Origin: Longimicrobiales bacterium
GTDB lineage: Bacteria; Gemmatimonadota; Gemmatimonadetes; Longimicrobiales; Gaopeijiaceae
DNA length: 64,000 nt
NCBI GenBank assembly: GCA_965248195.1
Contig: CBDFIQ010000002.1
Span: forward strand, 3,136,001 to 3,200,000
Direction: 5' to 3'
The position numbers were made by a program, and so were the translations under genes. Positions 47,861-56,789 of the stretch are shown piece by piece. Under the pieces are notes generated by a model, which was given only the letters and a program-made list of their open reading frames with translations, did no database searches and was not told the origin of the DNA. Position 1 is the first letter of the stretch; every line of letters begins with the position of its first letter.

Positions 47861-48333
47861 TGGCGGTCGAGGTCAGCTCCGCTCGGCTGAGCTCCGAGGA
47901 GGTTCTGGAGCTCCTTCCCCAACAAGACCCCTTCCGGTTCGTCGACGAGATCCTCGAGGTGGACGAGGACCATATCGTGGCCCGCTACCGCTTCCGCCCG
48001 GACGCCGACTTCTACCGAGGGCACTTTCCGGGTGACCCGATCACACCCGGTGTGATTCTGCTCGAGTCTCTGGCTCAGGTTGGGGTTGTGGCCCTGGGTA
48101 TCTACATTTACGCCCTCCAGTATGGGCGTGAAGGGGTGAAGAAGAGGATCGCCCTCTTCACCGATGCGAACATCGATTTTTCCGGGATCGTGAAGCCCAG
48201 TGAGAGGGTCACGATAACTGCCAACAAGATCTTCTTCCGGCGCGGCAAGCTTCGGTCCGAAGCCTCCATGTCCCTCGACGATGGCACGGTGGTGTGCGCC
48301 GGGACGATTTCGGGCCTCGGGGTAGAGCGATGA
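47860..48333 (+). CDS. FabZ-like 3-hydroxyacyl-ACP dehydratase
   Basis: LPQQDPFRFVD, GHFPGDPITPGVILLESLAQ (His/Glu). Confidence 0.85.
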   Translation: MAVEVSSARLSSEEVLELLPQQDPFRFVDEILEVDEDHIVARYRFRPDADFYRGHFPGDPITPGVILLESLAQVGVVALGIYIYALQYGREGVKKRIALFTDANIDFSGIVKPSERVTITANKIFFRRGKLRSEASMSLDDGTVVCAGTISGLGVER

Positions 48334-49652
48334 GTAGTGATGCAATGACGGATGGGTCCCCGGGCCGTGGGAATTCCACCAACAGGGTCGTCGTCACGGG
48401 TTTGGGTGTGGTGGCGCCCAATGGGTGCGGTCTGGCAACCTACACAGAGGCGCTGCGGGGGGGCGTATCCGGAATCCGACACATCCCGCTCCTCGAGGAA
48501 CTGAAGTTCGCTTGCACTGTAGGGGGGATCCCAGAGGGGATCGACGAGATGTCGGGGGCGTACTTTCAGCCCGACGAGCTGCTCGCGATGAACTCGAGCC
48601 ATCGCTTTGGTTGCATCGCGGCGATCGACGCCTGGACGGATGCGGGTCTAGAAAGACCCGATCCGGCTGACGACCATGTGTATTGGGAGGCCGGCGCCGT
48701 ATTCGGGACGGGAATCGGAGGGCTGGATACCGCCGGCGAAAAGCTCATTCCCTTCGTGGACGCTGGGCGCGTCCGGCGTCTGGGCAGCACGATTGTCGAA
48801 CAGGTGATGGGCAGCGGGGTCTCCGCCCGGGTGGCCGGCCTCCTCTCCCTCGGCAATCAGGTGACGGCCAACTCGAGCGCCTGCAGCACGGGAACCGAGG
48901 CGATCATCGAGGGCTGCCAGCGCATCCGTGCGGGGTTGGCCAAACGTATGCTTTGTGGCGGCACCGAGGGCTCCAGCCACTATGCTTGGGGCGGGTTCGA
49001 TTCGATGCGGGTGCTCTGCCGGTCCCATAACGATGAGCCGGAGAAGGCTTCGCGGCCGATGAGTGCCTCCGCGGGTGGTTTCGTTCCAGGCAGCGGAGCC
49101 GCAATACTGCACCTCGAAAGCCTGGAAAGTGCACAGGGACGTGGCGCACGCATCTACGCCGAAATCCTCGGCGGCGCCATAAACTGCGGCGGACACCGGC
49201 GTGGGGGCAGCATGACGGCTCCGAACGCGGAAGGGGTAGAGCGATGCATCCGCGCCGCGGTGGCTGATGCTGCGATCGATCCGGACGAGATCGACGCGAT
49301 CAGCGGTCATCTGACCGCGACCGGAGCCGATCCGAAGGAGGTTGTGTCCTGGGCCAAGGCCCTGGAGCGTTCCCCGGAGGCGTTCCCGGCGATCACGTCC
49401 ACGAAGTCGATGATCGGGCACGCCTTGGGCGCTGCCGGCGCGCTCGAGTCCGTCGCTTGCGTCCTGATGCTTCACGAGCGGTTTGTGCATCCTTCGATCA
49501 ACTGTGAGGACGTGCATCCGGAGATCGAGAAATATGCCGCCTCGATTCCCCATGTGGTGCGGGAAATGCCCGAGTTGAATACGATGATCAAAGCCGGCTT
49601 CGGCTTTGGAGATGTGAATGCCTGTGCGATCTTCCAAAGGTGGGCCGACTAA
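48330..49652 (+). CDS. Beta-ketoacyl-ACP synthase (FabB/FabF family)
   Basis: RVVVTGLG, SACST, HLTAT, STKSMIGH, GFGFG. Confidence 0.9.
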   Translation: MSSDAMTDGSPGRGNSTNRVVVTGLGVVAPNGCGLATYTEALRGGVSGIRHIPLLEELKFACTVGGIPEGIDEMSGAYFQPDELLAMNSSHRFGCIAAIDAWTDAGLERPDPADDHVYWEAGAVFGTGIGGLDTAGEKLIPFVDAGRVRRLGSTIVEQVMGSGVSARVAGLLSLGNQVTANSSACSTGTEAIIEGCQRIRAGLAKRMLCGGTEGSSHYAWGGFDSMRVLCRSHNDEPEKASRPMSASAGGFVPGSGAAILHLESLESAQGRGARIYAEILGGAINCGGHRRGGSMTAPNAEGVERCIRAAVADAAIDPDEIDAISGHLTATGADPKEVVSWAKALERSPEAFPAITSTKSMIGHALGAAGALESVACVLMLHERFVHPSINCEDVHPEIEKYAASIPHVVREMPELNTMIKAGFGFGDVNACAIFQRWAD

Positions 49653-49665
49653 AAAGGGAGTACCC

Positions 49666-49914
49666 ATGACGAGAGACGAGATCTTCGCGAAGGTGATCGA
49701 GATCGTGAAGCCCTACGTGAAGAACGGAGACGCCCTCGCGGCTGTCGCTGACGACACCAACATCCTCGAGGATCTGAAGGTGAACTCGGCCCGGCTCGTG
49801 GACATCATCCTGAATTTCGAGGATGAGTTCGACATCGAGGTCGAGGACGAGGACGCGGATGCGGTGAACACGGTTGGGGACGCCGTGGCGCTCATCCAGG
49901 AGAAGCTTCCCTGA
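49666..49914 (+). CDS. Acyl carrier protein
   Basis: Acidic 82 aa; DLKVNSARLVD (Ser attachment site), EDEFDIE, TVGDAV. Confidence 0.88.
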   Translation: MTRDEIFAKVIEIVKPYVKNGDALAAVADDTNILEDLKVNSARLVDIILNFEDEFDIEVEDEDADAVNTVGDAVALIQEKLP

Positions 49915-49923
49915 GGTTCGCTT

Positions 49924-50670
49924 TTGACACGGCTTCCCTTTAGGGCCCGGTCTGCCCACGCGTTCCAGCGCGAAGTGGGTCGCCTCGCCGCCTTCTTCTG
50001 GGTCCTTCCGATCGCGTTCATCCTGCGCGTCCTGATGGGGTACCGCATCAGGAACGTGGCGGGGGTTCGGACTCGATACCGCGCCCTGGTGAAGCAGAGC
50101 GGCCGCCCCCTTCTGATCTGCCCCAACCACCTCACCATGATGGATTCCGCAGTCATCGCCTGGGCCTTGGGTGGCAGTTGGTGGTACCTGTTCCACTACT
50201 CTCGGATACCCTGGAACCTCCCGGAGTACAATAATTACGCGTCGCAGTGGCCCACCCGCGTCGGGGCCTGGCTCACCAAATGTATTCCGGTCATCCGGGG
50301 AGGACGCCGAGAGGACGTCTCGAGGGTGATCAAGCGCGTACAGCACCTTCTCGCGAGAGGCGAGACGGCTCTGATCTTCCCGGAAGCCCGGCGCAGTCGG
50401 AGTGGACGGGTGGAGCCCGACTCCGTAGCGCACGCGGTGGGTCGGATCCTCACTTCGGTCCCGGGATGCCAGCCGCTCTGTGTGTACCTGCGTGGCGACC
50501 GGCAGCACACTTGGTCGACCGTACCCGCTCGTGGCGACTCCTTCTACATCGACTTCGAGCTCGTCGAGCCGAAGTCGGACCATTCGGGAATGCGACGCTC
50601 CAGGGATTTCTCTCAGCAGATCGTGGATCGACTCGTCGGCATGGAGGAGGAATACTTTGCTCGTCGGTAA
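49924..50670 (+). CDS. Lysophospholipid (PlsC-like) acyltransferase
   Basis: NHLTMMD (Hx4D), FPEA.RS. Confidence 0.82.
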   Translation: MTRLPFRARSAHAFQREVGRLAAFFWVLPIAFILRVLMGYRIRNVAGVRTRYRALVKQSGRPLLICPNHLTMMDSAVIAWALGGSWWYLFHYSRIPWNLPEYNNYASQWPTRVGAWLTKCIPVIRGGRREDVSRVIKRVQHLLARGETALIFPEARRSRSGRVEPDSVAHAVGRILTSVPGCQPLCVYLRGDRQHTWSTVPARGDSFYIDFELVEPKSDHSGMRRSRDFSQQIVDRLVGMEEEYFARR

Positions 50671-51502
50671 CGACGTGGTCGATCTGCACGATTCCGAGAA
50701 CCGTCCTGACGCGCTTCACGCGCGGTTCGACGCCCGTGTCTTCACGTCTGATGAGCGAGCGGTCCTGAGCGCTTCGGCTTCCGTGCACCAGCTCCGGTGG
50801 ACCTTTTGGGCCGCCAAAGAGAGCGCATACAAGGTCGCCAAGAAGCTCGATCCCGCGGTCCGGTTTCTGCCGAGGGACTTTGTGGTTCGGCGGGTCGCCG
50901 AGGGCCGAGCGGTAGTCATGCACGAGACCGGTCCTTTCGACGTTCAGCTGGATCGAACGGACGAGTGGGTACGGGCGGTCGCGACCGTCTCTGGCGCGGG
51001 TGCCCCCTCGACCCATCGTGCCGTCAGTGGCGGAGTTGCGCGCCTGGAGGTGCCCGGTGCCGATCCGAGCCGGACCGTGAGGGAGTTGGTGTGTGAAGCT
51101 CTCGTCGCGTGGATGAAGCTTCCGCCTGGGCAGGTCCAGATCGCCGCCGAAATGGGAATCCCGGTTGCTCTCTGGCGAAACCGGAGGCTGCCCGTTGATC
51201 TATCCCTCTCCCATCACGGTCGCTTCGTGGCGTGGGCTTGGGCCGGCCACTTGAAGCGCTCCTCAAGGGTACCCAAGCCCACCGGTTCTCCGATGATCGT
51301 GAGCCGGTCACCGCGTTCGAGCACGGTAGCTCCTCTCGGGATCACCACCTCGGGTCCGCGACGAACCAGGGCGATCAGCGTACCTTCGGGCAAGGGGATT
51401 TCCTTGAGCGCCCGACCGATGAGGGACGCCGAGGGTGTGTCGGGCTCGAGGGTCAGCGCCAGCAGCCGGTCGTCCCGAAGTATGGCCTCCTTGAGCTCCT
51501 GA
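50657..51502 (+). CDS. 4'-phosphopantetheinyl transferase (C-terminal read-through into the convergent gene)
   Basis: VGNDVVDL, WAAKESAYK, LSLSHHG. Confidence 0.82.
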   Translation: MLVGNDVVDLHDSENRPDALHARFDARVFTSDERAVLSASASVHQLRWTFWAAKESAYKVAKKLDPAVRFLPRDFVVRRVAEGRAVVMHETGPFDVQLDRTDEWVRAVATVSGAGAPSTHRAVSGGVARLEVPGADPSRTVRELVCEALVAWMKLPPGQVQIAAEMGIPVALWRNRRLPVDLSLSHHGRFVAWAWAGHLKRSSRVPKPTGSPMIVSRSPRSSTVAPLGITTSGPRRTRAISVPSGKGISLSARPMRDAEGVSGSRVSASSRSSRSMASLSS

Positions 51503-53325
51503 TGATTGGAGGCCGAGAGCCAAGCCTGCATGAAGCCTTCCTTGTCGACCCGCCCGGCGATTTGGGCCAAGAGTCGTAGGTGTTGGCCGGGATCGTCCAG
51601 CGGGCTCATCAGAAAAAATACGGCCTGCACCGGCTCGGATCGACCGCCCCGGGCTTCTGCGAGATCTACATCCATCTCCATTCCGCCTGGACAGCGGACG
51701 AGCACCATGCGGGCGGATTCGATGTCGGGTCGGCGTAGGTGTGGGAGCGCGACGCCGTGAGAGACGGGTGTCATGCCCACGAGGGTGCCCTCCAGAAAGT
51801 CCTCTGCGAGTTCCTTGGCGGAGATATCGCAAGCCTCTGAAAGGTGGGCCGACGCCTCCCATATCACGCTTCGAAATCCGGTGCCGTGGGTTGTGTCGAT
51901 AATGGAAGCCCCCGTCACGACTTCCTCGAAGGGATCCGCGTCACGGAGACCCTTTTCCTTCATGATTTGCCGCAACTCCCGATCGAGGCCCTCGTCCCGC
52001 TGTCGTCCCAGCCGCTCGAAGACATGGTAGATGGCGCCCTCGCGGTCCACGCGTTCCCGTGCGTAGTAGTTGTACCACATGGCCCCGAAGGTGATGAGCC
52101 CACCGGTGAAGAGACTCGGGAGGACTCCCATCTCAACGATGAGCCAGAAGGGTGCCAGCACTCCCAGGATGTGTAGCCAGGGGTAGAAGGGAGAACGAAA
52201 GCGGGGATCATACGACTCGATTCGGCTCTCCCTCATCACGATAACGGCCAGGCAACTCAGGCCGAACATCATCAATTGGAACGCACCCGCCAGCTTCGCG
52301 ACCCTGCTGGCGTCGAACAACAGAACGAACATCAGGATCAGGCCTACCGTGGCGTAGATCGCGTAGACCGGGGAGCCGCGGGCGTAGATTTTGGAGAAAA
52401 ACTTGGGCAGTACGTTGTCCCGGCTCATCGCCAGCGGGTAGCGCGATGCGGCGAGGATTCCGGCGTTTGCGACCGACGAGAAAGCGAGCACGGCCGCGGC
52501 GGTCATCAGGATCGCCCCCCAAGGGCCCACGAGTACGTTTGCTACGGTGGCCACCGGCGTCAGATCTCCGCCGTCCCGGGCAAGGACATCCGCCGAGACG
52601 ACACCCACCATGACCGCTGTGCCTACCGTGTAGACCAGCATGGCGGTCCCGAAGGCCAGGAACATCCCGAGCGGGATGTTACGCTCGGGGTTCCGGACCT
52701 CCTCGGCGACGCTGGCCACCTGCGTGAGGCCCATGTAGCTGACCACGACCAAGCCCGCCGTCGATACGAGTGCCCCGGGGGCCTGCCCGAAGATGCCGCC
52801 GAGATTGGCCAGCTCAATGTCCCTCAGCCCGACGCCCGTGAACCACACGAGAAGCGTCAAGAGCCCTACGACCATCACGGACTGGAAGGACGTGGACTTT
52901 TTCGCTCCCAGGATGTTGAGGGCGCCGAAGACGATCGCGAACCCAGCAGCGATCGCAACGTAATTCACGTTCGGGAGAAATAGTCGCAGATAGGCTCCGA
53001 TTCCGATCAGCGCAAACGCCGATTTCAGGCTCAATGCGACCCAGGTGCCGAATCCTCCGACCGTCCCCATCAACGGTCCCATGCTTCGATCGAGGAAGTA
53101 GTACACACCGCCGGCTCGGGGCATGGCGGTGGCCAACTCGGCCATGCTGAGTAGACCCGGAGTGATGAGTAGCCCCGCCACTAGGTACGCCAGCGGGAGG
53201 CCCGCGCCGACTTCGACCGCTGCCAAACCCGGAAGCAAGAAGAACCCGGCGCTCAGCGTCACCCCGGTGGCGATCGCATAAACGTCGAACAGGCCCAGTT
53301 CTTTCTTGAGTTTCTGCTTCTTCAT
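51214..53325 (-). CDS. APC amino acid permease fused to PTS EIIA-like and RCK_C (TrkA-C) domains
   Basis: ELATAMPRAGG, VAEEV.NP, GVALPH, HLRLLAQIA, LIALVRRG..VIPRG.TVL. Confidence 0.85.
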   Translation of the reverse strand: MKKQKLKKELGLFDVYAIATGVTLSAGFFLLPGLAAVEVGAGLPLAYLVAGLLITPGLLSMAELATAMPRAGGVYYFLDRSMGPLMGTVGGFGTWVALSLKSAFALIGIGAYLRLFLPNVNYVAIAAGFAIVFGALNILGAKKSTSFQSVMVVGLLTLLVWFTGVGLRDIELANLGGIFGQAPGALVSTAGLVVVSYMGLTQVASVAEEVRNPERNIPLGMFLAFGTAMLVYTVGTAVMVGVVSADVLARDGGDLTPVATVANVLVGPWGAILMTAAAVLAFSSVANAGILAASRYPLAMSRDNVLPKFFSKIYARGSPVYAIYATVGLILMFVLLFDASRVAKLAGAFQLMMFGLSCLAVIVMRESRIESYDPRFRSPFYPWLHILGVLAPFWLIVEMGVLPSLFTGGLITFGAMWYNYYARERVDREGAIYHVFERLGRQRDEGLDRELRQIMKEKGLRDADPFEEVVTGASIIDTTHGTGFRSVIWEASAHLSEACDISAKELAEDFLEGTLVGMTPVSHGVALPHLRRPDIESARMVLVRCPGGMEMDVDLAEARGGRSEPVQAVFFLMSPLDDPGQHLRLLAQIAGRVDKEGFMQAWLSASNHQELKEAILRDDRLLALTLEPDTPSASLIGRALKEIPLPEGTLIALVRRGPEVVIPRGATVLERGDRLTIIGEPVGLGTLEERFKWPAQAHATKRP

Positions 53326-53351
53326 CGGCGCCAAAAGCTCCAATGTCCGCC

Positions 53352-53656
53352 AGAGGCCTGTTGAAGGAGTACAGTGGGCCGCGTTGCGGATGCCACGGTC
53401 CTAGCTCCTAGGCGGAGCGACGACGCCATAGCCGTAGCTATGGCTAGGAGCTCCAACAACGGAGATGGGGCCGTGCCACCGCAACCCTTCAACGTGTAAG
53501 ATCATGCCATGCACGTCCGTGGGCACAGGGCGGTTGTGCGGTTGATCCTGCGTCTCTCCTCCTCGGAGTAGCTCTGCTACGCCTCGTCGTCGTTCCTTGT
53601 CTGAACGCGCACAAGCGCCCTGTGCGCGACCCGCTGTACTCCTTCAACAGGCCTCT
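53352..53656. mobile_element. MITE-like element, 305 bp, 27-bp terminal inverted repeats
   Basis: agaggcctgttgaaggagtacagtggg (53352-53378) vs cccgctgtactccttcaacaggcctct (53630-53656), 1 mismatch; internal hairpins; no transposase. Confidence 0.75.
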
Positions 53657-53805
53657 ATAACCGCACATACGTTCCGAACTCCGCGACGCGCTAGGGGGAA
53701 TCCCGAAGTAGACCGTGGCCTGATGAGAATTCCGAGCCATGACGCCGAAGAGCCGCTGCCGCCATCCCGCCATTCCACCCTTGGGTGCGCGACGAGAGTT
53801 TCGCA
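53655..53805 (-). pseudogene. kup: C-terminal remnant of KUP/HAK potassium transporter
   Basis: ETLVA / GMAGWRQRLFGVMARNSHQATVYFGIPP / RVAEFGTYVRL* across two frameshifts. Confidence 0.7.
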
Positions 53806-54107
53806 CGATGGCTTCGTCGAGAACTCATCAGGACCCCAGGTTACCGACTCGTACTCCGAGTGGGAAGGGACCCAACGCCCCGGGAAGGCGAAGGAGCGTC
53901 AAATCCGCTACATTGTCCCCCTATGCAGTTGTCCGTTGCCGGGATCCACCACGGTGCGGCACTCCTCGTACTTTGGCTCCATGTGGCTCGGATCATCACC
54001 GGCATCACCCGTAACGAGCCTGAGTCTGTGCGGGATCGTATTCGCGCTTTCTCAACCTTGAGAGTGGCCCGCTAAGGCCCCTCGCCATCACCCAAAGAGA
54101 TTCCTCA

Positions 54108-55364
54108 GTGGCAAAGAAAAAGACAACATTCCGCGACGTGCAGTACATGGGAGTCGCTCAGGCGATGGTCGACGCTTCGGAGTTCGGCTACAGGAGTGGA
54201 CGGCCCGATTGGTGTAACCTCGGCCAGGGGCAGCCTGACGTCGGCCGAATCGAGGGTGCCCCCAACCGGCTCACCTGGATTACGCTCGAGCCCCATGACC
54301 ATTCCTACGGACCGGAGGGTGGCATCGAAGAGCTCCGCGAGGCGGTGGCGGACCACTATAATCGCCTCTATCGCGTGGGCGAGGATTCGAGGTATAAGAA
54401 GGAAAACGTCTCCATCGCCTCGGGCGGCCGTTCCATGCTTTCGAGGATTTTCACCACGTTCGATTCGATTTCAATGGGGTATAAGTTCCCGGACTCTTCC
54501 GCATACCACAACTTGTTCGGCCACCATCTCCATCGGGTCAAGCCCCTACCTGTGCCGACCGGCGCGGATGAGTCGTTCCACCTCGACCCGGCGCGGCTAC
54601 GCAAGGTCATCGCCGCCAAGAAGCTTCGGGCCTTTCTGATTGGCAATCCGTGCAATCCGACGGGTGACCTCATTCGTGACACCAACCTGAAGGCATACCT
54701 GACGGCCGCTCGCAAGCACAGGTGTATGCTTGTCATGGACGAGTCCTACTCGCACTTCATTTACGGGGAGGACGGTGCGCCCGCGGAGGGGCCGGTATCG
54801 GCAGCCGCCTACGTGCGGAACGTGGAGAAAGATCCGGTCCTGATCGTCGACGGCCTGAGCAAGAACTTCCGGTACCCGGGGTGGCGGCTGAGTTGGGCGG
54901 TTGGACCGTCGAGTGTGATTCAGAACCTTGAACGGGCTGCCACCGGATTCGATGGTGGACCGAGCCTGCCGGCGCAGCGGTTGGCGATCAAGGCGTTGGA
55001 TCCCGAGCGGGCGGAGGAGGAGACGACCGCGGTTCGGCGTTTATTCGCGAGAAAGCGGAACGTAATGCTGGAAGGGCTCGAGTCCCTCGGAATTCGTTGC
55101 GAGCATCCGCCCCGGGGCACGTTCTACGTGTGGGCTGACCTCAGTGGTCTGCCTAAGCCTCTGAATGATGCTGAGGCGTTCTTCAAGGCCGGCCTGGAGC
55201 GTAAGGTGGTCACCCTTCCAGGACGGTTCTTCGACGTGAATCCGGGCGGGACGCACCCACCGATGAAGGAGCTCAAGAAGTGGGTCCGTTTCTCGTTCGG
55301 TCCCTCCGAGGACAAGATCACCACCGGGCTGGAGCGCCTTGGGGAGATGATCGAGGGCGGCTGA
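54108..55364 (+). CDS. PLP-dependent aminotransferase class I/II
   Basis: NLGQGQP, NPCNPTG, DESY, GLSKNFRYPGWR, VRFSFG. Confidence 0.9.
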   Translation: MAKKKTTFRDVQYMGVAQAMVDASEFGYRSGRPDWCNLGQGQPDVGRIEGAPNRLTWITLEPHDHSYGPEGGIEELREAVADHYNRLYRVGEDSRYKKENVSIASGGRSMLSRIFTTFDSISMGYKFPDSSAYHNLFGHHLHRVKPLPVPTGADESFHLDPARLRKVIAAKKLRAFLIGNPCNPTGDLIRDTNLKAYLTAARKHRCMLVMDESYSHFIYGEDGAPAEGPVSAAAYVRNVEKDPVLIVDGLSKNFRYPGWRLSWAVGPSSVIQNLERAATGFDGGPSLPAQRLAIKALDPERAEEETTAVRRLFARKRNVMLEGLESLGIRCEHPPRGTFYVWADLSGLPKPLNDAEAFFKAGLERKVVTLPGRFFDVNPGGTHPPMKELKKWVRFSFGPSEDKITTGLERLGEMIEGG

Positions 55365-55398
55365 GTCCGCGGCGGTCGGGCATTCGAATCGGAGGGAC

Positions 55399-56421
55399 AT
55401 GTCTCCCAAACGCAGTGCCGACTGGCGGGATCGGGCCGCTTCGGAGCTGATGTGCGGGGTCTTGGGCCGGGCCGGGATTCACGGGAACGTGCTCGTTATG
55501 CTGGAGCCCGGTCCGGAGGTCGCCACTGCGGTGAGAGAGGCTGGAGGCCAGGTTCGATCGTGGCACCGGTTCGCGCGAGAAGGCAGAGGCGCCTCTGCGT
55601 GGATTCCGGCGGGTCCGTTCGGCGCGGCCACCCTGCGACTCCCCAAGGCAAAGGACGAGTTGGACATGGCCGTTCATGCGGCAGCGTCCGTCCTAGAGGT
55701 CGGCGCGCCCCTCTGGGTGTACGGAGCCAACGACGAGGGTGCTGGATCGGCCGGCCGGGTCATCGAACCTCTCATGGGTCCGGTCAGGACCGTGGGGTCC
55801 GGTGGCCGGTGTCGCGTTCTCGAGGCGGTTCGGCGGAAGGATGGCACGAGTCCGCGAGGGACTCTTGACGACTGGCGCCGGTCTACGCCCTTGGAGTTTC
55901 CGGGTGGACCGCGGGAATGGATATCCTACCCCGGCATTTTCGCCCACGGCCGCCTAGACCCGGGAACCCGTGCGCTGCTCGAGGCGATGCGGACGTTTCC
56001 GCTGGCAGGACGACGCGTCCTCGATTTCGCGTGCGGCTCGGGCGTGGTTGGAGCCTTCTTATCGGCATTGGAGCCCACGGCTCGTGTGGACCTTCTCGAT
56101 GTCGATACGGTGGCCCTGGCGGCGGCAGGTGAAAACGTGTCCGGTGCTCGTCTGATATCGTCGGACGGGTTCGACGCGCTGGTGCGCGAGCGCTACGACC
56201 TGATCGTCAGCAACCCTCCGTATCACGAGGGAAAGGCACAGAGCGGTAAAGTGGTCGAACGTCTCATTCGTGGGGCGCCGGGCCATCTCGTAACTGGCGG
56301 GTCGCTAATGCTAGTCACGCAACGCCGTTTTCCCCTGGCTGCCTTGATGAAGTCGACCTTCAAGACGGTTGATGTGTCGCTCGATGCCGGTCCCCACCGT
56401 GTTTGGTTCGCCAAGAAATAG
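55399..56421 (+). CDS. RsmC-like class I SAM methyltransferase
   Basis: LPKAK, PGIFAHGRLDPGT, LDFACGSG, SNPPYH. Confidence 0.8.
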   Translation: MSPKRSADWRDRAASELMCGVLGRAGIHGNVLVMLEPGPEVATAVREAGGQVRSWHRFAREGRGASAWIPAGPFGAATLRLPKAKDELDMAVHAAASVLEVGAPLWVYGANDEGAGSAGRVIEPLMGPVRTVGSGGRCRVLEAVRRKDGTSPRGTLDDWRRSTPLEFPGGPREWISYPGIFAHGRLDPGTRALLEAMRTFPLAGRRVLDFACGSGVVGAFLSALEPTARVDLLDVDTVALAAAGENVSGARLISSDGFDALVRERYDLIVSNPPYHEGKAQSGKVVERLIRGAPGHLVTGGSLMLVTQRRFPLAALMKSTFKTVDVSLDAGPHRVWFAKK

Positions 56422-56789
56422 CCTAAAGAGACCCGCCCTAGGTGTCGAAATTATACTGACGCTCGCGCTCGAAAGGGTGCAATATTTCATCGTCTGCCTA
56501 CGGGTAGCTGAGGGCTCGTTTCTTACACTCGAAAACGTTGGAACTCAACGAACCGAGCATGAGTTACATACGTCTTGATTGAATGGGCCGGAAGGGTGAC
56601 CATTCAACTGCGGAGAGACCGGAAGCGTGCCTGTTTTTCGTGGCTCACCATGACCGAGTGATGCATGTCTTGTCCAACAGTTTGAATCAGGCTTCTGACT
56701 AAGAAATCTCTGCCCTTGCGCAAAACGGACCGGTAGCCCAATCATGGTCGCGCAAATTCCGTGAATCAGCCGCTGGAGCGGTTTTGAAT

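Noticed and set aside
56422..56789. ncRNA or defined regulator site in the AT-richer intergenic region
   Set aside because: No recognisable aptamer, palindrome or consensus box; likely just a promoter region
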